From an uncultured Ignavibacteriaceae bacterium (GTDB taxonomy: Bacteria; Bacteroidota; Ignavibacteria; Ignavibacteriales; Ignavibacteriaceae), in contig CAZLJI010000001.1 in NCBI GenBank assembly GCA_964559565.1, forward strand, positions 24,053-88,052: 64,000 nt of DNA, written 5' to 3'. The notes under the pieces are model-generated. The model saw nothing but the letters and a program-made list of their open reading frames with translations, ran no database searches and was not told the DNA's origin. A program made the position numbers and the translations under genes. Positions 36,370 to 45,120 of the stretch are shown one piece after another. How positions within the stretch are numbered: position 1 is the stretch's first letter; every line of letters starts with the position of its first letter.

Positions 36370-37221
36370 TTATCCGTTAAGTAAAAACATATTCAATGAA
36401 CCTGTACAAGCAGATTCACCTTGAACGTTCTTCATTAGTGAAGGTTTAATCCATCTCGGAAAAGAAGTTGCGTATCCCTGTTTGCTAAACGAAAACAAAT
36501 ACGGTCTTCCCATTTTATCGTTGGCAATCACAAACTGATTTTTCCTGTCATATTCCATCAAAATCTTTCTTGGGATTTCCTCGATTGCAGCGTCTCTTGA
36601 TTCATATTTTTTCTGCACTGAAAAAATCATTCTCTTTGTTTTTGAGTCATCATTAGAATCTTTTTTGTTGTAAATAATACTGTCTCCACCATCATATCTT
36701 TTGATTGAATTTGCAGCGTCTAAAAGAATTTGCTCTTTGCTTACGTTGCTAGGATATTCTGGCGCAATATCAAACTTATCTTTTTTGACCGGCTCTTGGT
36801 CTTCTGCTTCTGTTAAATCAAATCCAAGTGTTTTTAAAATAAAAGATTCGCTAAATTCTACTGGTTCAATATCTCCCACTCTTGCTATTTTGTTCCATCT
36901 TGATTTTTCAATCCAAACAGGGAACGCCGTAGCAATGCCATTTTTGGAAAATGTAAACATGTAAGGTTGGCCAACCTTGTCTTTTGCTACTACAATCTGA
37001 TCTGTTTTTTCTACGCCGTTTAGAAGTCTTCTTGGAAAAATTTTAGCAGCATCAGATTTAGTTGGATATTTAGCCAACACCTTGAAAATTTTCCTGTCCG
37101 AAGAAGAAACCTCGTTTCCTTCTTCATCGGTATCATAAGAAATTTCATTGTAGTAAATAACATCTCCACCATCATATTTGTGGATTTGTTCTTTTGCTCT
37201 TTTTGCTAAATCTTTTTCCAT
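36370..37221 (-). CDS. hypothetical protein with an internal two-fold domain duplication
   Basis: Start moved to the ATG at 37221 (MEKDLAKR...). Two ~100-aa repeats are present: IHKYDGGDVIYYNE...QPYMFTFSKNGIATAFPVWIE and IKRYDGGDSIIYNK...RPYLFSFSKQGYATSFPRWIK. Confidence 0.6.
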   Translation of the reverse strand: MEKDLAKRAKEQIHKYDGGDVIYYNEISYDTDEEGNEVSSSDRKIFKVLAKYPTKSDAAKIFPRRLLNGVEKTDQIVVAKDKVGQPYMFTFSKNGIATAFPVWIEKSRWNKIARVGDIEPVEFSESFILKTLGFDLTEAEDQEPVKKDKFDIAPEYPSNVSKEQILLDAANSIKRYDGGDSIIYNKKDSNDDSKTKRMIFSVQKKYESRDAAIEEIPRKILMEYDRKNQFVIANDKMGRPYLFSFSKQGYATSFPRWIKPSLMKNVQGESACTGSLNMFLLNG

Positions 37222-37238
37222 GTTAACCCCAATTAGAT

Positions 37239-37691
37239 TCAACCCATCGCTGAATCGTAAACGTTTACTGTAACGACATTGTTGTCTTTGTGAAATGTAA
37301 TGGTTACATTCAAACCACGAAACGCTTTGCTTCCAAAATTCCAAACTATTTGATAATCTGATTCCTCTTTGTTGTGGAATCCAAAAATATCAAACTTTTT
37401 CAAAATTGGTACTAGCTTTTTGATTTCGGATTCGATGTTTTCAGATGCTTCTTTTTCATACGTATCAACCGAACCAAGTTGCTTGTGCTTAAATCCAAAT
37501 TTAACTAACGAATCTTTTATGTCGTCCATGATCTTTTCAACAGCCTTAGCTTTTGACCTCTTTGCTTCATACAATTGACCACTCAATCCTTCTTGTACTA
37601 TTTTTGCATGTCTAGAATGATGCTTATCCTCAAACACGTCCATAACATCATTAAAAAATTTATTTTTTTGTCCAGGAATATACATTGGCAT
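37239..37691 (-). CDS. hypothetical protein, paralogue A (shared N-terminus MPMYIPGQKNKFFNDVMDVFEDKHH)
   Basis: 150 aa. The first ~25 residues and the 5' UTR are nearly identical to those of 37763-38221. Confidence 0.6.
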   Translation of the reverse strand: MPMYIPGQKNKFFNDVMDVFEDKHHSRHAKIVQEGLSGQLYEAKRSKAKAVEKIMDDIKDSLVKFGFKHKQLGSVDTYEKEASENIESEIKKLVPILKKFDIFGFHNKEESDYQIVWNFGSKAFRGLNVTITFHKDNNVVTVNVYDSAMG

Positions 37692-37732
37692 AATCGCCTT
37701 CTCCTATTGCAGTGTTTGTGCAGACCTAATAA
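37618..37732. repeat. 115-bp direct repeat, copy A
   Basis: Identical to 38148-38262 except for one mismatch (37638 g versus 38168 a). It spans the 5' coding end, the RBS and 41 nt upstream. Confidence 0.9.
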
Positions 37733-37762
37733 ATTTATCTGTTTTTATCGTTTCATGTTCCA

Positions 37763-38221
37763 TTAGTTCACGTAAAGATAAACCTCATAGATCTCTTTTT
37801 CTTTATGAGGAATCTTCTCCCAAACATAAGTATAAACCGCCTGTCCGTTCTTTTTGTAATCGTATGTTCCTGATGTCTTTCCGTCTGAATTTCTTGTGTC
37901 TTGTGTAATATCAAGACCAAACTTTTTTGCTTCTGCGGCGAGTTTTGCTCCGAGCGTATTTCTTTTGTTGCCATCAACAAAACCACTTGCCTCACCAGCT
38001 CGCTCATTCAATTTAAAATTGTTAACATTTTTAGAAAAAACAACCACAAGCGGATCGCTGTATATATCTTCACCTGTCAGTTCTTCTGCCCTTTTGGCCT
38101 CCGACAAATAGCCAAGTCCATCTTGCACAATACGAGCATGGCGACCGTGATGCTTATCCTCAAACACATCCATAACATCATTAAAAAATTTATTTTTTTG
38201 TCCAGGAATATACATTGGCAT
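37763..38221 (-). CDS. hypothetical protein, paralogue B
   Basis: 152 aa. Same N-terminus as paralogue A, with a divergent C-terminal part. Confidence 0.6.
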   Translation of the reverse strand: MPMYIPGQKNKFFNDVMDVFEDKHHGRHARIVQDGLGYLSEAKRAEELTGEDIYSDPLVVVFSKNVNNFKLNERAGEASGFVDGNKRNTLGAKLAAEAKKFGLDITQDTRNSDGKTSGTYDYKKNGQAVYTYVWEKIPHKEKEIYEVYLYVN

Positions 38222-38262
38222 AATCGCCTTCTCCTATTGCAGTGTTTGTGCAGACCTAATAA
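38148..38262. repeat. 115-bp direct repeat, copy B
   Basis: See copy A. The offset between the copies is 530 nt. Here the upstream part is the 3' end of the 210-aa gene (..IIRSAQTLQ stop). Confidence 0.9.
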
Positions 38263-38866
38263 TCTGTCTAGCTGTCACCGCGTTTGCTCTAATTCCATTT
38301 TTCTTTAATGCGTCAACAATGCTCTTTGCATCTGATTTTGCGACGCTTCCAACTGTTATGTATCCAGCTTTCATTAAAGCTTCTGCTTTCGCATCCCCAA
38401 TGTTAGGAATGTCTTTAATAGTATATTCAGATTTATCTTTTAAAGAAACTTTAATCTTTTCAGTTTCTTCTTCTTTGAATAGATCGTCTGGTTTGGTTTC
38501 GTTCTTAACGATATTTTTGTTTCTATCGTCTAATTCAAATGATTTTCTTGCTGCTTCTTCGGCAGCCTCTCTTGCCATTTTTTCTTCTTGATCTGCTCTG
38601 ATTCTATCCGCAATTGGAATAGTACTAATAACAGATCTTGGAGATTTGTCTTGCGTAGGAATCTTTGGAGCATTATCGCTTGGATGCCATGCTGTTACAA
38701 CTGCATCATCGGAAGTACGAACCAAAATTGGTGGATGCATTGGATGCGTTTTCATCGACCATTTTGTCCATCTATCTCCCGCTACCACCGTATTGTCATC
38801 GAAAATAACCCCATCTACTGAACAGTTCCCTTTTACATCTGGATTTTTTTTGTACTTCATAACCAT
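38234..38866 (-). CDS. hypothetical protein with a C-terminal helix-hairpin-helix-like region
   Basis: 210 aa. The C-terminus IKDIPNIGDAKAEALMKAGYITVGSVAKSD resembles an HhH motif. Confidence 0.55.
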   Translation of the reverse strand: MVMKYKKNPDVKGNCSVDGVIFDDNTVVAGDRWTKWSMKTHPMHPPILVRTSDDAVVTAWHPSDNAPKIPTQDKSPRSVISTIPIADRIRADQEEKMAREAAEEAARKSFELDDRNKNIVKNETKPDDLFKEEETEKIKVSLKDKSEYTIKDIPNIGDAKAEALMKAGYITVGSVAKSDAKSIVDALKKNGIRANAVTARQIIRSAQTLQ

Positions 38867-38897
38867 CTATCTCAAGCTCCATCTTGTTTGAAATTTA

Positions 38898-38944
38898 ATA
38901 AGATAAAAATTGGCGGCCTAGTCAACCCTTAAAACTAGGCCGCC
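38898..38944 (-). terminator. rho-independent terminator
   Basis: Minus-strand RNA reads GGCGGCCUAGU-11 nt-ACUAGGCCGCC (perfect 11-bp stem) followed by AAUUUUUAUCUUAUU. It lies 10 nt after the stop of the 185-aa gene. Confidence 0.75.
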
Positions 38945-38953
38945 TTAAATCTC

Positions 38954-39511
38954 CTATGTACTGGTAAATGTAATATCTACCACTTCAGAACAATCAACCG
39001 GTCTCGCATAAGAAACTGGCCATGCTCTGAAATACACTGTCTCGTCTTCGGCGTCGTCAACTCGACAAGATACTACACCAGCGGCACTCGGAGTAACAAC
39101 CAGCAAATTCGTTCCAGCCCCACTTACAATTGTCCCCGTTACAGCGGTTCCAAGAGTAGCGTTAACGGCAGGAATCGTGCAAGCTGCATTGTCGAACACA
39201 CCAAAATACATGTTTGGTGCAACGTTGGCAGCCCCAGTTTGAGGCATAACCAAATCAAACCCCATGCCTGTTTGATAATCTTGATCTGCTGCTGGATCGC
39301 CCGGATCTTTTAGATTACAAACGATTGGAGATAAATCCGCATCTTCTAATTGCCCAATAATCAGTACACTGGTCGAAGAGTTGCCCGCAACCATAGCACT
39401 GTATTCGGCGCTAGACCTTCCCGTCAAAACCCTGGTTGCACCTGCGGCGCAATTCACGTAATCAGGGCACGGAACAGGATTCGATGAATTATTGATCACT
39501 GTGATCTTCAT
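38954..39511 (-). CDS. hypothetical protein downstream of the major capsid gene (possible capsid-associated/decoration protein)
   Basis: 185 aa, RBS AAGGAGG, bracketed by two hairpin terminators. Function is guessed from position only. Confidence 0.55.
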   Translation of the reverse strand: MKITVINNSSNPVPCPDYVNCAAGATRVLTGRSSAEYSAMVAGNSSTSVLIIGQLEDADLSPIVCNLKDPGDPAADQDYQTGMGFDLVMPQTGAANVAPNMYFGVFDNAACTIPAVNATLGTAVTGTIVSGAGTNLLVVTPSAAGVVSCRVDDAEDETVYFRAWPVSYARPVDCSEVVDITFTST

Positions 39512-39523
39512 TTTAATCCTCCT

Positions 39524-39557
39524 TAAAAAGTGGGTGCATGCCCAATTGCATGCACCC
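39524..39557 (-). terminator. hairpin plus U-tract attenuator directly after the major capsid gene
   Basis: Minus-strand RNA reads GGGUGCAUGC-AAUUGG-GCAUGCACCC (10-bp stem), then ACUUUUU, then AAGGAGG and the ATG of the next gene. Confidence 0.55.
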
Positions 39558-39567
39558 TTGCCCTAAG

Positions 39568-41073
39568 TTACGGGGTATTAGTTACCGTTAGTTGACCATA
39601 AAACTTGGAATTAACAAGCTTGGTTGCGTAACGAGTACGAATACCTTTGCGAGCTTGGAAGTTCGCAGGATCCAAGAAGGTAGAAGTCACCTGCATTGGA
39701 ACATAAGGAGCATACACATATCCTGAATCGAGGAATGTGGTTCCCTTCAACCCAACAATGGCTTTTCCGGCTTCCATGTATGGATCCACGAACACTCGCC
39801 AGCGATCTTGAAGCGTTCCGGCTTCAAAGATTCCGTATCCTTGGGGACCGGCTGGCAACGGAAATCCAGGTCTTCCACCGGTTCCCATTCCGGGAGCGGT
39901 TGCGCCTGCGCCTGGATTATAAATAACCTTGAAATCTCCATGCCGAGCTAGAGCACTAAACACCGTTTTCACATCAGGAGCACAAACGATAAAGTTTCCA
40001 CCGCCTCGTTTGGTGTCAGTGTGAATCTTCTGGGAAATCTTATCGCAGTAGGTAAGAATTCCACTGTAATGCTCAATCGGGGTGCGTCCGGCTGGAACAG
40101 CAGCATCAAACGTTTCTTTGTTCACTCCGGCATTAGCAGCGATTTTCAGATCATTGATAATTTCACGATCAATTTCAAGCTGCATTTCGGAAGCGGTTCC
40201 ACCAACTAGTTCGGACTCAATGTCCATACCAAGCATTGCTCTCAAATCATCGGCGCTCTCAGCACTCCATAGCGTCTTGATTTTTCGTGACCAGGCTTGA
40301 ATAGGCTGAAGCTGAATATCAACATTCACTTCTGGAACGGTGGTAGTAGCAGCTTCCATCGAATAGAAATAGTTTGCATAAATCGGAATAGCGTTATCAA
40401 CATTACCGCTAAAGGTAATATCAAAAGCACCACTCGAATAAGTCACCGTGCTAGCAGCTCCGGTGTCACCGGTAAGCGTTCCGCTTCCAGCACCATCATA
40501 AATACGTTTGGCAACGCCACCAACCACCGTAGTGAACTCGATTCCTGCGGTTCCGAATGCATCATACGGTTTTACCGGTGCCCAACTAAGGGTCCCAGTG
40601 TAATGAGCGGTAGAACCATTTCCGGTTCCTACCGTCTCATGATACACACGCTCGCTAGAATAATTGGAATCAAAATTCTCAATCATGTTCTGGCCAGCAG
40701 TGATTGTACCTTTGCTTGTTCCATATTTGTACTCCCAGAAGAACACGCCACCAATAGGAGCGCTCATCGGTTGCACCGAAACTAAACCGTTCGCAATCAA
40801 GTTTGCCCATACACGTCGAACCAAAGGAAACACAAACTTCACATAATCAGGAATAGCAGCAGTAGTGCTTGCTTCAGTCAGCAAAGGCGACTTCTTTGAT
40901 TCATCAAGAAGATGTGCCATCTGATTCTCAAACAAGCGAGCCATGCATCGACGTTCCCATCGGTCATTTACGCCCCTCAACAAAGGAGACCATTTCTCTT
41001 GTAGCACATTGGCCACTTCATCGTTGAACATCCGGCCTTGGATGTTCTCTGCTAACATTTCACGAGCTTCCAT
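39568..41073 (-). CDS. major capsid protein, T4 gp23-like
   Basis: 501 aa, RBS GGAGG. MARLFENQMAHL and VFPLVRRVWANLIANGLVSVQPMSAPIGGVFFWEYKYG match the gp23-family N-terminal signature. It lies after the prohead protease and carries an inserted shared module at about 40363-40641. Confidence 0.8.
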   Translation of the reverse strand: MEAREMLAENIQGRMFNDEVANVLQEKWSPLLRGVNDRWERRCMARLFENQMAHLLDESKKSPLLTEASTTAAIPDYVKFVFPLVRRVWANLIANGLVSVQPMSAPIGGVFFWEYKYGTSKGTITAGQNMIENFDSNYSSERVYHETVGTGNGSTAHYTGTLSWAPVKPYDAFGTAGIEFTTVVGGVAKRIYDGAGSGTLTGDTGAASTVTYSSGAFDITFSGNVDNAIPIYANYFYSMEAATTTVPEVNVDIQLQPIQAWSRKIKTLWSAESADDLRAMLGMDIESELVGGTASEMQLEIDREIINDLKIAANAGVNKETFDAAVPAGRTPIEHYSGILTYCDKISQKIHTDTKRGGGNFIVCAPDVKTVFSALARHGDFKVIYNPGAGATAPGMGTGGRPGFPLPAGPQGYGIFEAGTLQDRWRVFVDPYMEAGKAIVGLKGTTFLDSGYVYAPYVPMQVTSTFLDPANFQARKGIRTRYATKLVNSKFYGQLTVTNTP

Positions 41074-41123
41074 TTTTTAATCCTCCATAACTTTCATTGG
41101 AAGGTGTGGTCAATAACCACTAA

Positions 41124-42641
41124 TTAGTATGGCCTTCCATCGTTTTCGCCAGAAATTTCAACACCAGATAGTTGGCATAGTTCCTCGATTGGAACACCAA
41201 GAATTTCATTCTTCGATTGAGAACTATTTGGTGCTTCTCGTTCTTTCAAATGCGACAATCCGCCTGCAATCTTGGTATGAATATCCTCAAATTGGAAACT
41301 TGGCTTATTCTTCTCATTCCATTTTTCAATGATGGAATCAACCATTTTTGAATCACGAATATCGGCTTCCTCGAAGATTCTTCGCAGTCTTGCCTTGTGC
41401 GGATGATCTGAAATTTTCTTTTCCGCATAAGCACGAGCTGTTACCGCTTCGCTGAACTGAATAGATTTATTCAGTTGCTCTTGCAACTGCCTGTTTTTCT
41501 CTTCTAGTTGTGCGATACGGATATTCTCTTCTTTTTGTTTGTCTTCTTCTTCTTTCAAAAGAAGAACACATCCTTCTAGTGCGGATTTAAATTCCTCGTT
41601 CGTGCTGAAACGACTTACATCGCCCATGAGATTGATAATTCGATCTTTTGCTTCGTTATCTTCTAGAATACTTAAAGTTTTCTCCATGTAATAACGATAG
41701 CCAATCCCCTCGGCAAATTTCACCGCTTCTTCACATGCACCCTTGTACTGATCAAGTTCATTGTCTTTCTCGACAAGCTTAACTCGCAAATTTTCAATCT
41801 CTTGATCTTTTGCCCTAATCACAGCTTGCGCATCTTCATCTAACAAGAATGGACGCATTTGGCGTTTCATGCTCTCTACGAATGCTTTCGCTGCTCCAAC
41901 TTCAGGATCGCTAAGCATCTCGCTTCTTACCCTCTCGACTACTTCATTTTCTTGTTCAGAAACAGCCGAAAGGAATTTCTTCTGAAAATCATCTTTTAAA
42001 CTTTCGGCAACCTTTTTCTCTACTTCAGAATAAAGTTGCGATACTAGTTCTGGATGGTTTTCTTTCAATTGATCCATTGTAATAGTCATCTTATGACCCT
42101 CCAGAGTAACTTGTTTATTGTTTTCTTTTTCCTCTTGGTAAAATTCTGGTAATGCGGTTGAAACGGCTGGGTCCGCAACGAAATCCCATGTGAAAAGCTG
42201 ATAATCATCTTGCACATAGTCTTTTCCGTCGTTGCCCTTTCTTGTCGTTCCAATACCCCTACTCGATACACCAACTTTTCCACCCCCCTCTAAAATGGCT
42301 TTTAGTGTTTTTCCTGTTGGAGTATCTAACACTTCCATTGTTCCGGTAACGTTTTTTCCATCATAATCAATGGATGTGATTAAGTGACTTGCATCAGACA
42401 AAGTTGTCTTTCCATCCTTTGGATGGTCCAGCATGCCAAAACACGCACGGTTTTTAATTTTGTCTTCTACTCGCTTAATCTCACGTTCCCAGATCTTTCC
42501 AGGATAAACACGGCCATTTGCAGTAGGGATATCAGCGTGCGCAAGAATCCCCTTCGCTTTCAACACGCCTTTTCCGTCCGCGTCTTTTCCTTCAAGTAAC
42601 TCGTACTCAAAGAGAAAACTATCTGTTAACGTTTGGGGCAT
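41124..42641 (-). CDS. prohead core protease (T4 gp21-like, peptidase U9) fused to a coiled-coil scaffold-like C-terminal half
   Basis: 505 aa, RBS GGAGGTGG. The N-terminal ~170 aa (ANGRVYPGKIWEREI...CFGMLDHPKDGKTTLSDASHLITSI...TPTGKTLKAILEGGGKVGVSSRGIGT) fit the gp21 pattern. The remainder is heptad-like and Glu/Lys-rich. Confidence 0.7.
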   Translation of the reverse strand: MPQTLTDSFLFEYELLEGKDADGKGVLKAKGILAHADIPTANGRVYPGKIWEREIKRVEDKIKNRACFGMLDHPKDGKTTLSDASHLITSIDYDGKNVTGTMEVLDTPTGKTLKAILEGGGKVGVSSRGIGTTRKGNDGKDYVQDDYQLFTWDFVADPAVSTALPEFYQEEKENNKQVTLEGHKMTITMDQLKENHPELVSQLYSEVEKKVAESLKDDFQKKFLSAVSEQENEVVERVRSEMLSDPEVGAAKAFVESMKRQMRPFLLDEDAQAVIRAKDQEIENLRVKLVEKDNELDQYKGACEEAVKFAEGIGYRYYMEKTLSILEDNEAKDRIINLMGDVSRFSTNEEFKSALEGCVLLLKEEEDKQKEENIRIAQLEEKNRQLQEQLNKSIQFSEAVTARAYAEKKISDHPHKARLRRIFEEADIRDSKMVDSIIEKWNEKNKPSFQFEDIHTKIAGGLSHLKEREAPNSSQSKNEILGVPIEELCQLSGVEISGENDGRPY

Positions 42642-42655
42642 AATCCACCTCCATA

Positions 42656-43999
<1,344 letters not shown>

Positions 44000-44055
44000 T
44001 TTTCATTCCTCCTGATAAAACCTTACAGGGCTTTAGTGCCCAAAGATTGTTGTTC

Positions 44056-44979
44056 CTAAACGTTAGATAGCTCAGAAGCTACACGTTTTATTAATCTTGC
44101 ACCAACCTCTAAAGAGGCATAGTTTTTTGCAATCGTGTCATGAACTAATGCCATAGCTGCTACATGCTCTTTGTCTTCATCGGAAGCAGCACTTTCAGCT
44201 AACTTGCAAACTGATCTTAACTCTTCTAGATAATCTTTAACGAATTCCTCGAACCCCTCTATCACAGAAGATACATTGGAATCTTTAAATCCTTTTGCAT
44301 CATATCCACCGATTGACTCTTCTACCCAAGACCAAATTGTTTTTAGTTTTTCAGAAACTTCATTCAAAGACTCAAGCACGTCTTCATACATGCTGAAAAT
44401 ATTTCCGTCTTTTATTGCTTCTTCGTACTTGGTCTTGGGTGAGTACCTAAATGTTGCACCACTTGCTCCCCAAAGTACCTTGTGAATCACCTTGCTTGAC
44501 TCGGAATATGTTTTTCTCCATGGCCTTTCGGGAGAAAATAATTCGTTTAACCCCATCCTTGCTTCTTCAAGTGGATCTTCGTCTTTTAACAAGTTTCCAG
44601 ATTTAACCAGATCGCGCACCTGGCTTCGTGCTGTTTCAAAATCACCGGACAAAAAAGCAGAAATGGCATTCATCGCTGTTTCTGATAAATACTCTTTTTG
44701 TTCTGCTTTTGTCTTTAATACAGGAACGTCAATTGATTCTACTTTTTGAATCTTTATTTCGTTCCCGTCTCTTCCATAATTGGCTCTATAAAAAGAACCT
44801 TCGCTAGTAGTAACAATTACACTGGAAGGAAAAGTGGAAACAACGGAAATATCATCTGGACCATTAGCGCTAAATAGCTCATATTCCTCACTAACTAAAT
44901 CCTGTAACGATTGAATTGTTTCCTCGTAAGATCCAGATAAAATCTGATTCACCGCACTAGAAGGTATGTATCCTGGCAT
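44056..44979 (-). CDS. hypothetical head-module protein
   Basis: 307-aa ORF, the first gene after the promoter-like 141-nt gap downstream of the portal. Confidence 0.6.
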   Translation of the reverse strand: MPGYIPSSAVNQILSGSYEETIQSLQDLVSEEYELFSANGPDDISVVSTFPSSVIVTTSEGSFYRANYGRDGNEIKIQKVESIDVPVLKTKAEQKEYLSETAMNAISAFLSGDFETARSQVRDLVKSGNLLKDEDPLEEARMGLNELFSPERPWRKTYSESSKVIHKVLWGASGATFRYSPKTKYEEAIKDGNIFSMYEDVLESLNEVSEKLKTIWSWVEESIGGYDAKGFKDSNVSSVIEGFEEFVKDYLEELRSVCKLAESAASDEDKEHVAAMALVHDTIAKNYASLEVGARLIKRVASELSNV

Positions 44980-45027
44980 CTTCTTTCCTTTTGTAACAAT
45001 GTATCATGTATTGATCTAAACATTGTT

Positions 45028-45057
45028 ATTATCCATACATGACATTATCACTGTCAA
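45028..45057 (-). promoter_or_regulatory. sigma70-like promoter TTGACA-18-GATAAT
   Basis: Minus strand reads TTGACA gtgataatgtcatgtatg GATAAT. It lies in the largest non-coding gap of the structural region and is followed by a 9-bp inverted repeat (44994-45002 / 45020-45028) before the RBS. Confidence 0.5.
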
Positions 45058-45120
45058 GCAAGTTTTTCCATACATTTCATAATGATATGTAACTCTTCCA
45101 TAAGAGTAACATACATTATG

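Noticed and set aside
36370-37344. Longer 324-aa version of the duplicated-domain ORF, and similar long N-terminal extensions of other track ORFs (6493-7458, 26247-26759, 28086-28514, 48999-49649, 55596-56123, 57122-57448, 59640-60101)
   Set aside because: The extensions start at non-ATG codons inside the upstream gene. In each case an in-frame ATG sits at or just after the upstream stop, often with an RBS, and gives a tighter non-overlapping operon structure.
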